A stretch of DNA of 45,184 nucleotides. Source: a virus (lineage: Duplodnaviria > Caudoviricetes). Numbering within the stretch: position 1 is the stretch's first letter; every line of letters starts with the position of its first letter. Made by a program: the position numbers and the translations under genes. The stretch spans positions 1 through 45,184 of IMG/VR virus record IMGVR_UViG_3300038336_000112. One strand, 5' to 3'. The notes beneath the pieces are model-generated. The model was not told where the DNA came from. It did not search any database and saw only the letters and a list, made by a program, of their open reading frames with translations. Shown piece by piece: positions 27,861 through 37,590 of the stretch.

Positions 27861-29214
27861 CTACCAACAGTATGCGAGCGACTTTATTGAGCAGCACCCC
27901 GTGGCAGCGGTATTACTGCAAATGGGACTTGGCAAGACAGTCATCACATTGACCGCCCTTTCCAACCTCCTCTTCGATTCCTTTCTGGTTCGAAAAATAC
28001 TGATCATCGCGCCCCTTCGGGTTGCACGGGATACCTGGCCTGCCGAAATCGGCAAGTGGGATCACCTTGGGGATTTGATTCCGTCAGTGGCCGTGGGAAG
28101 TACCGCCGAGCGCCTTACTGCCTTGGAGCGCAAAGCTGACCTATACATCATCAACCGTGAGAACATACAGTGGCTGATCGAGGAGACCACCCTGCCCTTC
28201 GACTTCGACATGGTGGTCGTCGACGAACTCTCGTCGTTCAAGAACCACCGCTCCAAGCGCTTCAGAGCGCTGATGAAACGCCGTCCCGTGGTAAAGCGCA
28301 TCGTAGGCCTGACTGGCACCCCGGCAAGCAATGGCCTGATCGACCTCTGGGCGCAGTTCAAACTGCTGGACAAGGGTGTGCGCCTAGGCAGATTCATCGG
28401 AGCTTACCGTGATGCATACTTCAGGCCCGACAAGCGCAGCGGCCAGGTGGTGTTCAGTTACAAGCCCGCCCCCGGTGCCGAGGAAAGGATCTACCAAGCG
28501 ATCGAGGACATCACCATCTCCATGAAGGCCCAGGACCATATCAGGATGCCCGAGCTCGTGACCAATGAATATAAGATTTCCCTCAGCGACGATGAGCGGA
28601 TGGCCTATGAGAGACTACGGAAAGATCTGGTGCTCGACGCCTCCGGAGGACAGGTGACAGCAGCCAATGCGGCAAGCCTGTCGGGCAAGCTGCTGCAGCT
28701 GGCAAATGGGGCTGTGTACACCGACGACGGGAAGACCATTGCCCTTCACGATCGCAAGCTCGATGCGCTTGAGGACCTCATTGAGGCGGCCAACGGGAAA
28801 AGTGTGCTGGTGGCCTATTGGTTCAAGCACGACCTTCAGCGGATTGCGGGGAGGCTGGAGAAGCTTGGCGTGTCGTTTTCAACTCTGGATACGAGCGAAA
28901 GCCTCCAAAAGTGGAATGAGGGAAAACTCCCGGTCGGTTTGATTCACCCCGCATCCGCTGGGCATGGGCTGAACCTCCAAAGCGGTGGCAATTGCCTGAT
29001 CTGGTTCGGACTGACCTGGAGCCTCGAACTCTACCAGCAGACGGTAGCGCGCCTGTGGCGCCAAGGGCAGCAGTCCGAGACGGTGGTGGTCCAACATCTC
29101 ATCACCGAGAAGACCATCGATGAGCGCATCATAAAGGTTCTTTCAGGTAAGGCACTAACTCAGGATGCGTTGATCGAAGCGGTAAAGGCCGAACTTTCAG
29201 GGGGCACTCGATGA
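27841..29214 (+). CDS. SNF2-family helicase
   Basis: MGLGKT, VDELS, LTGTP, AGHGLNLQ, ARLWRQGQ. Confidence 0.9.
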   Translation: MTYAPHDYQQYASDFIEQHPVAAVLLQMGLGKTVITLTALSNLLFDSFLVRKILIIAPLRVARDTWPAEIGKWDHLGDLIPSVAVGSTAERLTALERKADLYIINRENIQWLIEETTLPFDFDMVVVDELSSFKNHRSKRFRALMKRRPVVKRIVGLTGTPASNGLIDLWAQFKLLDKGVRLGRFIGAYRDAYFRPDKRSGQVVFSYKPAPGAEERIYQAIEDITISMKAQDHIRMPELVTNEYKISLSDDERMAYERLRKDLVLDASGGQVTAANAASLSGKLLQLANGAVYTDDGKTIALHDRKLDALEDLIEAANGKSVLVAYWFKHDLQRIAGRLEKLGVSFSTLDTSESLQKWNEGKLPVGLIHPASAGHGLNLQSGGNCLIWFGLTWSLELYQQTVARLWRQGQQSETVVVQHLITEKTIDERIIKVLSGKALTQDALIEAVKAELSGGTR

Positions 29215-29432
29215 CCGAGACGAGCATGAGACATCTGGCTGCTGCGATTGTGGATCGAGCTGTTAGTGATTGGCACAAGGCGGTATCGCAGTTAGAAGGC
29301 AATCCCGATTACGTATATGCATGGGCAGAAAAGGATGAGATCGAACGGTTCTTCGAAAGTGAGTGGTTCGAGCTCCTGTGCGATATCAGCCCCGACTTCA
29401 CCAAGATTCACCTACAAGAGGCAAGAGCATGA
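29211..29432 (+). CDS. Small phage hypothetical protein
   Basis: ATGA-coupled on both sides; LAAAIVDRAVSD...IERFFESEWF. Confidence 0.7.
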   Translation: MTETSMRHLAAAIVDRAVSDWHKAVSQLEGNPDYVYAWAEKDEIERFFESEWFELLCDISPDFTKIHLQEARA

Positions 29433-29839
29433 AAGCAAAGGAATATCTGTCGCAGGCATGGTATCTGGACAAGCGCATCAAGACCAAGGAACGCCAGCTC
29501 GATTGGCTCAGAAGCCATGCCGTCTACGTCTCCCCCAACCTCACCGAGGTCCCCAAGGCTCCGTCGATCAGGCGCTCTCCCGTAGAGGAGGCGGTGGTGC
29601 GCATTACCGAGTTGGAGAATGAGATCAACACCAGCATCGCCCAGTTGATGCGGCTCAAGACCGAGATCGCCGAAGTGATCCGGAACGTGAACAGCATGGA
29701 GTGCGAGACGCTGCTGGAGATGCGCTACCTCGCCTTCCTTGCTTGGGACCAGGTGGCAGTGCAATTAGGATACAGCCAGGACTATATCTACCACCTGCAT
29801 CGGAAGGCGCTGGCGCTGGTGAGGGTCCCTGTCAGTTGA
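29429..29839 (+). CDS. DUF1492/RinA-ArpU-like late transcriptional activator
   Basis: AKEYLSQ, LLEMRYL..WDQVAVQLGYS...LHRKAL HTH; located at end of replication module. Confidence 0.8.
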   Translation: MKAKEYLSQAWYLDKRIKTKERQLDWLRSHAVYVSPNLTEVPKAPSIRRSPVEEAVVRITELENEINTSIAQLMRLKTEIAEVIRNVNSMECETLLEMRYLAFLAWDQVAVQLGYSQDYIYHLHRKALALVRVPVS

Positions 29840-29846
29840 AACACCC

Positions 29847-31160
29847 TTATCCCTGCAGCAACCACGAATAGGCGGGAACGATGTGGATGATCCTTCCCGT
29901 CTTCTCGTCCTTGAGCTCTTCTTCCTCGTACGCGGTGATGATCCACGACTCTTGCAGCCCAAGTTCCTCCATCCCATCAAGAAGCGGTGAAAGTTCCCGC
30001 TCCCTTATCTGCTCATCCTTGCCCAAACTCCAGCTGACCTGTATGAGCTGGATATCCGAATCGGGACCAACCGCAAAATCGATCTCATCACCTTGGGAAG
30101 TCTTGTAGTAGAAGATCTGCTCAGTAACACGTCGGAGTGCCATGAATACCATGTTCTCCAATACCAGCCCGCTGTTTTCCGAAGTGGAACGGGAATAGGC
30201 TTGGACCAACGCATGGTCGACACAGTACACTTTCTTTGGATTGACCGACTGGACAGCCGTGTTGTACGAACGAATGGGAACCGTGAAGATCAAGTAACAG
30301 TCCGCAAGCTTTTCGATGTAGTCGCTGATGAGTTCGGGTGAAAGCCTGTTCCGTTCACCCGCAAGCCGCTGTTTCAGCTTGTTGACCGTGATGAGCCGGG
30401 AATAACTGCTCATCAAGATATGCACGAGCCGTTTCAACTGGACAGGATGCTGGATATTGTATCTGAGCAGGATATCGCGACTGATCACATCGTTCACCAG
30501 ATTCTGGAAATAGATCGGCGCCATGGAGCTTTTCGGAAGAACCAACCGCTCGGGCATGCCTCCCATCTCAACGTAAGAATCAAAGGCACGTATGACGGCA
30601 TCCCTGCTCGCGATATCCGTGATCGCTTGGGGCTTCCCGGTTGCCCGCAGGAATTCCTTGAATGAGAACGGAAACATCTCCCAAGTGAAAGTCCTTCCCC
30701 CCAGCTCTGTCGCGATCTCCTTTGAAAGCAGTTTTGCTGAAGAACCGGTGATATACACCTCGCACAACTGTGTCGTCTGTATCCTGTTGACAAACTGTGC
30801 CCACCGGTTCACATACTGCAATTCGTCGAAGAAGAAATAGACCTGTTGCTCATGCTTCTGGGGATACATCCCATAGTAGGTATCCGTAATCACCGCAGGA
30901 TCCGATCCTTCAAGTCTCAGGAAATCAAGGCGATCGTCAGAGAAGTCTATATAACAGATGTTTTCTGCGTCAAGGCCATCGTCAAGAAGGGACTCCATCT
31001 TCTCATGCTGCCAGGTGGATTTTCCGCAACGTCGGATTCCTATGATCACTGTCGCTTTTCGCGGAACCGGAAGTATCTGTGTATCCCTGGGGATGATGGG
31101 GAATTGGCTCCTCAGGTTTTTCTGTTGCTGGGCGATAATAAGGCGTAACATATCATTCAT
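29847..31160 (-). CDS. AAA+ ATPase with DUF4143-type C-terminal domain (moron)
   Basis: GIRRCGKST, FFDELQ, ITGSS, GGMP, KKVYCVD, LENMVF, EIDF...IQV; start placed at ATG 31160. Confidence 0.85.
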   Translation of the reverse strand: MNDMLRLIIAQQQKNLRSQFPIIPRDTQILPVPRKATVIIGIRRCGKSTWQHEKMESLLDDGLDAENICYIDFSDDRLDFLRLEGSDPAVITDTYYGMYPQKHEQQVYFFFDELQYVNRWAQFVNRIQTTQLCEVYITGSSAKLLSKEIATELGGRTFTWEMFPFSFKEFLRATGKPQAITDIASRDAVIRAFDSYVEMGGMPERLVLPKSSMAPIYFQNLVNDVISRDILLRYNIQHPVQLKRLVHILMSSYSRLITVNKLKQRLAGERNRLSPELISDYIEKLADCYLIFTVPIRSYNTAVQSVNPKKVYCVDHALVQAYSRSTSENSGLVLENMVFMALRRVTEQIFYYKTSQGDEIDFAVGPDSDIQLIQVSWSLGKDEQIRERELSPLLDGMEELGLQESWIITAYEEEELKDEKTGRIIHIVPAYSWLLQG

Positions 31161-31166
31161 ACGTGC

Positions 31167-31195
31167 ATGATACCCACAAACAGAGTACAAGTCAA
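31167..31195 (-). promoter_or_regulatory. sigma70 promoter of the AAA ATPase gene (leaderless geometry)
   Basis: TTGACT(31195-31190)-N17-TATCAT(31172-31167)-N6-ATG. Confidence 0.7.
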
Positions 31196-31555
31196 ATAGT
31201 TTTCATGTTTTTGTAAACTTTTGCAGATTAGCTATCTATATTTTGGAAACTTTGGCATCATGTGCGGGTACCAACTTTGAAGCTTTGGTAAATCAGCAAT
31301 TGCCCTGTATCTATTCTTACGTTCCTGAAATATCCAATGGCATGAATACCAGTAATATAAGGGGAGAATACCAGCGCGGCATGTAGCTCCACTGGTACCT
31401 CTCGACTGGTGAGTTGTTGCAAATCTATTGACTCCGGTTTGGATGAAATAGGAAGGACTACAAGAAAGGGAAGGGGTTACTCTGAATCTGTTTTATCCAT
31501 ACAGGTTTCTGCAGTGAGAATGCCATTGCATCTGAACAGTTGATAGACATTTTTC

Positions 31556-32263
31556 TTATGTTTTAATAGTTGATTTTATTATTGTGTTAAAGTCTTTAAT
31601 CACTAAAATTGAAAAAATCGACCAAGGTATTAAGGATAATAATGCCATAGTCATTCCAATTATACCAGCTGTCGCTGGTACAGTCATAAGTATTCCGGAT
31701 ACAAGCCCGATATATGCTGTTATTTTTCGAAATTTATGATTCTTAATCATTGCTAAAAAGAAAAGAATTAACGCGATGCCATTAAAAACATAATATACAG
31801 CATAGGACGTGCCTCTCCAAATTGAATATAAAGTTTGACCAGATGCAAGCAGAATAGTTTTCTGTTGTTCGGTTACAGCCTGTGCATATTGTCTACTATT
31901 TGAAAGCATTTCGATTGATGTATTTGAAGGGAAATACAATGAGAGCCCAATCAGTCCTAATGTTAAAGCGAATATCGGCAATGATTTGTTTCTATCCTTA
32001 AGAGCGAAAAAGAGAGCAAGATAAAGGAAGATAGATGCAATCATACTTAGTAGATACAAAAAATCAAAACTAATGAGACCAATAAGCCAGTTATTCTGAA
32101 ATAGGACAAACCAGTCAATAATAGTTGTTGGATGAGGCCAAATTACATAAAAAATTATTTGAACAGGAATCATGGTAAGCATAAAGGCAGCAGAAATTAT
32201 CCCTGTTCGGTATATAGCTATTTTGAAACTAGTTTGCTGCTCAATGCTATTTTGTATTTCCAT
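31556..32263 (-). CDS. Multi-pass membrane protein (DUF4386-like), AT-rich moron
   Basis: About 6 hydrophobic segments; AAGGA SD; opposite strand to phage genes. Confidence 0.7.
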   Translation of the reverse strand: MEIQNSIEQQTSFKIAIYRTGIISAAFMLTMIPVQIIFYVIWPHPTTIIDWFVLFQNNWLIGLISFDFLYLLSMIASIFLYLALFFALKDRNKSLPIFALTLGLIGLSLYFPSNTSIEMLSNSRQYAQAVTEQQKTILLASGQTLYSIWRGTSYAVYYVFNGIALILFFLAMIKNHKFRKITAYIGLVSGILMTVPATAGIIGMTMALLSLIPWSIFSILVIKDFNTIIKSTIKT

Positions 32264-32567
32264 TGTCTTATTTCCTTTTTACTCAAATCAGTATGGGAAA
32301 TAATAAATTAGTCTCTATTATTTATTAACTGCAGGGTCAATGGTTTTTTTACAGTATAGTACTATCCCTTTAACCTTTACAATAAATAACTCAATAATAA
32401 GCCCGAATAGGGTTTATTCGGTGCTTGAGAACGCATTCAAGAACAGGTGTATGGACTGATCATGAGTGCTCCCGATATCCTTGGAACCCAATCGTTAAAA
32501 TATCAGAAAATAACAGTTGTGCTCAGTTCGTCTTGTACGCTACTGTACACTCAGACAAGTCCAATCG

Positions 32568-32601
32568 AGAGCTCGGGAATTCCTCCCGGGCTTTCTTTTT
32601 G
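32568..32601 (+). terminator. Hairpin + T-tract upstream of HNH gene
   Basis: GAGCTCGGGA-ATTCC-TCCCGGGCTT followed by TCTTTTT. Confidence 0.5.
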
Positions 32602-32619
32602 CCCCAAGGAGTACCCCTC

Positions 32620-32982
32620 ATGCCCTACAAGCCCAAGCGACCGTGCAGCCACCCAGGCTGTCCACATCTCACCGACGGTCGGTACTGCGAGGAGCATGCG
32701 AAAGAGGCTGCGAGCGCCTACGAACGCAACCAACGAGATCCCGGCACCCACAAGCGCTACGGATCCACTTGGAGGAAGGCCCGGAAAACATTCCTTGAAG
32801 GGCATCCCTTCTGCGAGCTGTGCAGGAGAGAGGGACGCCTTACACGAGCGACGGTTGCCCATCATATCACTGCCACTAGATATGGTGGTACGGATGACGA
32901 GGAGAACCTCATGGCACTATGCAACAGGTGCCACTCAGCCCTCCACGGGCGCCAGAGAGACCGATGGAACGTTAAAAGGTAA
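32620..32982 (+). CDS. Packaging-associated HNH endonuclease
   Basis: MPYKPKRPC..PGC, CELC, VAHH, NLMALCNRCH; AAGGAG SD; directly upstream of terS. Confidence 0.9.
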   Translation: MPYKPKRPCSHPGCPHLTDGRYCEEHAKEAASAYERNQRDPGTHKRYGSTWRKARKTFLEGHPFCELCRREGRLTRATVAHHITATRYGGTDDEENLMALCNRCHSALHGRQRDRWNVKR

Positions 32983-33000
32983 CTATTAGTAGCGCCAACC

Positions 33001-33085
33001 CTAGGGGTATCTGAATCTCTACACCATATGTAGTGTACAACGGGCAGGGGCAATCACGCGGAAAAATTGGAATTCAAACGGGGGA
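33001..33085 (+). other. Candidate cos region
   Basis: Between HNH and terS; G-rich CGGGCAGGGG (33041-33050) flanked by GGGG...AATCTCT and CACGCG-AAAAA, the usual position for cos in HK97-like phages. Confidence 0.5.
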
Positions 33086-33117
33086 TTGACCCCCTCATCA
33101 TACGAAGGCGGTGCGAC

Positions 33118-33651
33118 ATGGCAAAAGACGGTACCAACCGTGGCGGTGCCCGCGTCGGTGCAGGGAGGAAACCCAAGGCTCTCTCAGAGAAAATCCACGA
33201 TGGCAGAGCGGCCCGCGTGGTGCAATTGCCCGAGGCTCCCGAGCTCGAGGGCGCGGACATGCCTGAGGTCAAATATTACATGACGGTCACCCAGAAGAGT
33301 GGCATCGAGCTCGATGCTGCAGAGGTCTTCCAGGAGACATGGGATTGGCTCAAGACCAGGCGCTGTGAGAATTTAGTCAGCAGCCAGATCATACACCAGT
33401 ACGCGATGGCAGTGGCGCGATGGATCCAGTGCGAGATGGCAGTCAGCGAGTACGGCTTCCTCGCAAAGCACCCGACCACCGGTGCCGCGATCGCTTCTCC
33501 CTACGTTGCGATGAGCCGTGAATACATGAAACAGGTAAACCAGATCTGGTACCAGATCTTCCAGATTGTGAAGGAGAACAACGCCACCTCCTACCAAGGA
33601 GCGAACCCTCAGGATGACCTGATGGAACGACTGCTCACTGCACGCCGGTAA
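33118..33651 (+). CDS. terS: Terminase small subunit (P27-like)
   Basis: RGGARVGAGRKPK N-terminus, HPTTGAAIASPYV. Confidence 0.85.
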   Translation: MAKDGTNRGGARVGAGRKPKALSEKIHDGRAARVVQLPEAPELEGADMPEVKYYMTVTQKSGIELDAAEVFQETWDWLKTRRCENLVSSQIIHQYAMAVARWIQCEMAVSEYGFLAKHPTTGAAIASPYVAMSREYMKQVNQIWYQIFQIVKENNATSYQGANPQDDLMERLLTARR

Positions 33652-33685
33652 CGCCAAACAATCAAACAACCAAAGGAATTCAAAC

Positions 33686-34849
33686 ATGAAGAACTACCTC
33701 ACATCCGAGAGTGTCTGCCAAGGACATCCCGACAAGCTGTGCGACTACATCGCCGATTCGATACTCGATGCCTGCCTGAGCAGCGATGCATATTCACGCG
33801 TGGCCTGCGAGGTCATGTCGACCAAGGGCCGGATCATCGTCGCCGGTGAGATCACCAGCCGTACCAAGGTCAACATACGCCAAACCGTACGGACCGCCCT
33901 TGCAGAGTGTGGCTACAACCCCAAGGAATTCACCATCAGCGTGTTCCTCCACAACCAGAGTTCTGACATTGCAGGCGGCGTCGATACAGCCCTGGAGATC
34001 AGGGATGCCGAGGGTGACCGGGATGAATTGGGAGCCGGGGACCAGGGCACGGTGTACGGATATGCAACCGACGAGACACCCACCTGCATCCCCTTGCCTC
34101 TTGAACTCTCCCACCGCATCTGCAGCATCCTGGACAAGTGCAGGAAAAACGGCACCATCATGGGAATCCGCAGCGACGGCAAGGCCCAGGTTTCGGTGGA
34201 GTATGATGATGGCATTCCCGTCAGGGTTGCCGCCGTCATCGTCTCGGTCCAGCATGAGCGTGACAAGAATCTGGACACACTCAAGGGCGAGCTCATCGAA
34301 AAGGTGCTCGAGCCTGCCTTCATCCACTTCCCCCTCGATGCACACACCCGCATCCTCATCAACCCATCCGGTCGTTTCGTTGAGGGCGGACCTGGTGCCG
34401 ACACCGGCCTGACAGGTCGCAAGATCATGGTGGACACCTACGGGGGTCTGGCACTCCACGGCGGGGGCGCCTTCAGCGGCAAGGATGCGACCAAGGTGGA
34501 CCGAAGCGGAGCCTACATGGCGCGCATGATCGCCAAGAACATCGTCTCAGCCGGCCTTGCCAAACGCTGCGGGGTAGCAATCTCGTATGCCATCGGTAAG
34601 GCCGAACCTGTCGCAGTAAATGTACACACTTTCGCTACAGGAAATATCGACGATGAGCAGCTTGCGGATGCTGTCCGCACAGTCTTCAGCCTCAAGCCGA
34701 AGGACATCATCGAGGAGTTGGGGCTGCGCAGTCCCATATACAACCTTACCTCCTGCTACGGCCATTTCGGAAACTCCCTCTTTGCATGGGAACAGGTGAG
34801 CGAACGGTATATAGAGGCGCTCAAGGGAGAATTGGATCATGACCATTGA
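33686..34849 (+). CDS. metK: S-adenosylmethionine synthetase
   Basis: SESVCQGHPDK, GAGDQG, DGKAQV, INPSGRF, DTGLTGRKI, HGGGAFSGKD, YGHFG. Confidence 0.95.
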   Translation: MKNYLTSESVCQGHPDKLCDYIADSILDACLSSDAYSRVACEVMSTKGRIIVAGEITSRTKVNIRQTVRTALAECGYNPKEFTISVFLHNQSSDIAGGVDTALEIRDAEGDRDELGAGDQGTVYGYATDETPTCIPLPLELSHRICSILDKCRKNGTIMGIRSDGKAQVSVEYDDGIPVRVAAVIVSVQHERDKNLDTLKGELIEKVLEPAFIHFPLDAHTRILINPSGRFVEGGPGADTGLTGRKIMVDTYGGLALHGGGAFSGKDATKVDRSGAYMARMIAKNIVSAGLAKRCGVAISYAIGKAEPVAVNVHTFATGNIDDEQLADAVRTVFSLKPKDIIEELGLRSPIYNLTSCYGHFGNSLFAWEQVSERYIEALKGELDHDH

Positions 34850-36083
34850 ACAGAAACACATCGATGAGTTGCTGCCTGCTGACTACAACCCGCGCAAAGA
34901 CCTCAAGAGCGGCGATGCCGAGTATGAGAAACTCAAGCGCTCGATCGAGCAGTTCGGCTATGTGGAGCCGGTGATCTGGAACAGGACCACCAGTCGGGTC
35001 GTAGGGGGCCACCAGAGGTTGAAGGTCCTCAGGGATGCCGGACACACCGAGCTCGAATGCGTGGTCGTGGATCTCTCCGAGGACAAGGAGAAGGCCCTCA
35101 ACATTGCACTGAACAAGATCAGCGGTGAGTGGGACAAGGACAAGTTGGCTCTTCTCATCACCGATCTGCAGGGTCTGGACTTCGACGTATCGCTCACCGG
35201 CTTTGACCCGGCCGAGATCGACGACCTGTTCAAGGACTCGCTTGCCGACGGTGTGCATGATGATGACTTCGATTTGGAGGCGGAGCTGGAGAAGCCCACG
35301 ATCACCAAGAGCGGGGACCTGTGGAAACTGGGAAGACACCGCCTGGTATGCGGGGATAGCACCAAGGCCGAGACCTTCGAGTTACTCATGGCGGGTGCCA
35401 AGGCGAACCTGGTGGTCACCGACCCGCCCTACAACGTCAACTACGAGGGACAGGCGGGCAAGATCAAGAACGACAATATGACAGGCGATGCTTTTCTGCA
35501 GTTCCTGCTCGATGCCTTCACCAACACTGCAGAGCATATGGCCGACGATGCCTCCATCTATGTCTTCCATGCCGATACCGAGGGGCTGAACTTCAGAAAG
35601 GCATTCAGCGAGGCGGGCTTCTACCTGTCGGGAACCTGCATCTGGAAGAAGCAGTCTCTGGTGCTCGGACGCTCGCCCTACCAGTGGCAGCACGAGCCGG
35701 TGCTCTTCGGATGGAAGAAGAAGGGCAAGCACCTGTGGTACACCGGACGCAAGGAATCGACGATCTGGGAATTCGACAAACCCAAGAAGAATGGGGAGCA
35801 TCCCACGATGAAACCGGTTGCTTTGATCGCCTACCCGATCATGAACTCGTCGATGAGCAACACGCTGGTGCTCGATCCGTTCGGCGGCAGCGGCAGCACG
35901 TTGGTTGCCTGTGAGCAGACCGAACGGAGCTGTGCCACCATCGAGCTGGATGAGAAGTATTGCGACGTCATCGTCAAACGCTACATCGAACTCACCGGAT
36001 CCTCAGCTGACGTCATCGTGCAACGCGATGGATTGGATTACCCCTACGAGGAAGTCGCCTCCCAGGAGGCAAGTGATGGATGA
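34839..36083 (+). CDS. ParB/Srx-domain + N6/N4 DNA methyltransferase
   Basis: YNPR, VVGGHQRL (ParB-like); TDPPY, HPTMKP, LDPFGGSGST. Confidence 0.9.
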   Translation: MTIEQKHIDELLPADYNPRKDLKSGDAEYEKLKRSIEQFGYVEPVIWNRTTSRVVGGHQRLKVLRDAGHTELECVVVDLSEDKEKALNIALNKISGEWDKDKLALLITDLQGLDFDVSLTGFDPAEIDDLFKDSLADGVHDDDFDLEAELEKPTITKSGDLWKLGRHRLVCGDSTKAETFELLMAGAKANLVVTDPPYNVNYEGQAGKIKNDNMTGDAFLQFLLDAFTNTAEHMADDASIYVFHADTEGLNFRKAFSEAGFYLSGTCIWKKQSLVLGRSPYQWQHEPVLFGWKKKGKHLWYTGRKESTIWEFDKPKKNGEHPTMKPVALIAYPIMNSSMSNTLVLDPFGGSGSTLVACEQTERSCATIELDEKYCDVIVKRYIELTGSSADVIVQRDGLDYPYEEVASQEASDG

Positions 36084-36381
36084 GCTGACCCTGATCACTA
36101 CTCTCGCGGTATGCCTGTTCGGTTCGGGAGGTATCGTATTGTGGCTGCTGAACCGACTGGCAAAGAAAAGTGATGACCGCCAGTGCTATGCGAAGGACCT
36201 GAGAGAGATCAAGACCACCATCACCAGAGTCCAGATGGGCTTGGTCATGGCACTGGAGAACGACAAGGTCATCTTCAAGTCGCTGAGGACCCATGAGATC
36301 AACGGGGAATCCGAGGAGCAGGAGAAGAAGATGGACGATTACTTTTTGTCACTACTTGGTAGCAAGGGGGAACGGGGATGA
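36076..36381 (+). CDS. Single-TM phage membrane protein (holin/antiholin-like)
   Basis: GGAGG SD; N-terminal TM then charged helical domain. Confidence 0.6.
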   Translation: MDELTLITTLAVCLFGSGGIVLWLLNRLAKKSDDRQCYAKDLREIKTTITRVQMGLVMALENDKVIFKSLRTHEINGESEEQEKKMDDYFLSLLGSKGERG

Positions 36382-36689
36382 CTCTGAGTGCAATATTGCT
36401 CGCATTCGCCGCGTTCCTAGGGCTGGTGATGGAACTGTACAAGAAAAGCCTTCGCCGTGACAGGGCAAGCGAGAACGAGATCAAGCTGGTCGCCCTCGCC
36501 TGCTCAGCGCTCCTGGGGTATGTGACATTCCGCATCGTTGCAGGAACAGGCGTCGATGGGGGGCTGAACAACACACCATACCTGGTAGTCCTGTACACCG
36601 TAGCGATCTACCTGCTGCAGCTTCCTGCGTGCATGGCGTTCTGGAAACCACTGGTCAAAAAGTTCATGGAGAGAAAAGTCGATGAATGA
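36378..36689 (+). CDS. Three-TM holin-like protein
   Basis: 103 aa, three hydrophobic helices, charged C-terminus; upstream of spanin-like pair. Confidence 0.55.
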   Translation: MTLSAILLAFAAFLGLVMELYKKSLRRDRASENEIKLVALACSALLGYVTFRIVAGTGVDGGLNNTPYLVVLYTVAIYLLQLPACMAFWKPLVKKFMERKVDE

Positions 36690-36972
36690 AATCATGCAGA
36701 TGCTGATCCTCATCATCCTGGGATTGCTGGGGATCACACGATTGCAAGCACACAAGACCAAGGATCTGAAAAAGGATATCCAACAAGCCCAGGTTACGGT
36801 GAAGAAACGAGAACAGGAATTGGAGAAGATCGATGAAGTACACCAAAAGATCACCACCATCACAAAAGAGGCGGTACCTGAAAAGATCGAACCTCCTGAA
36901 AGCGGTGACTCTGCTGGCCGTCTTGATCGTCTCAACCGGCTGCACGAGCGTGCCAACAGTAGAGGAGAATGA
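36682..36972 (+). CDS. Putative i-spanin (Rz-like)
   Basis: N-terminal TM followed by charged coiled coil; overlapped out of frame by a lipoprotein gene. Confidence 0.6.
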   Translation: MNEIMQMLILIILGLLGITRLQAHKTKDLKKDIQQAQVTVKKREQELEKIDEVHQKITTITKEAVPEKIEPPESGDSAGRLDRLNRLHERANSRGE

Positions 36973-37195
36973 CCCGTATCGCCAGGTTCTGGTCTCGATG
37001 GCACCTAAGGCTCCAACATTCCCGACCTTCCCAACCCTGAACTGGACATACCAGAATGGATTGTACTGCATATCGGAGACGGATGCCGACAAGCTTCTGG
37101 ACTACGGGGAGAACGCTCTACCGCTGTTTGCCCACCACTATGACCAATACCTGCGCCAGATGCGACTCATCCTGGATGCTTTGGCGAAACCCTGA
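36833..37195 (+). CDS. Putative o-spanin lipoprotein (Rz1-like)
   Basis: LLAVLIVSTG-C lipobox, Pro-rich mature part; exact start uncertain. Confidence 0.6.
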   Translation: MKYTKRSPPSQKRRYLKRSNLLKAVTLLAVLIVSTGCTSVPTVEENDPYRQVLVSMAPKAPTFPTFPTLNWTYQNGLYCISETDADKLLDYGENALPLFAHHYDQYLRQMRLILDALAKP

Positions 37196-37205
37196 AGCAT
37201 AGGAC

Positions 37206-37231
37206 TTGCTATTCATGCAAAGCTGAGCGAT
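37206..37231 (+). promoter_or_regulatory. TTGCTAT-N11-TGAGNGAT motif, copy 1
   Basis: Same spaced motif at 37522 and 39271, each upstream of a gene start. Confidence 0.65.
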
Positions 37232-37257
37232 CAATGCACACTACACGGAGGATTTAT

Positions 37258-37497
37258 ATGGATGAAATGAACCGTAAGAGAGTCGAGGTCCTCAGGAAGC
37301 AATACCCACCCGGGTGTACCGTGGTGCTTGTCAGCATGGATGACGAGTTCGCACCTCCCAAGGGTACCAAGGGTAAAGTAATCCACGTGGATGACATCGG
37401 CAGCATCCACATTGCATGGGAAACCGGCTCGACTTTGGGAGTGGTACCGGGGGTCGACATGGTGAGAAAACTGGACGAAGAGATACCCAGAAAATAG
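37258..37497 (+). CDS. DUF4314 protein
   Basis: YPPGCTVVLVSMDD, GTKGKV..VDDIG.IH..W..GS.L. Confidence 0.82.
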   Translation: MDEMNRKRVEVLRKQYPPGCTVVLVSMDDEFAPPKGTKGKVIHVDDIGSIHIAWETGSTLGVVPGVDMVRKLDEEIPRK

Positions 37498-37521
37498 TGT
37501 ATCTTATTTGCATATATACAC

Positions 37522-37547
37522 TTGCTATATATCCCTCTTTGAGTGAT
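37522..37547 (+). promoter_or_regulatory. TTGCTAT-N11-TGAGNGAT motif, copy 2
   Basis: Upstream of amidoligase gene. Confidence 0.65.
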
Positions 37548-37590
37548 TACTACAGTACGAAGAAAAACACACCAAAGAGAGGTAGATGGC

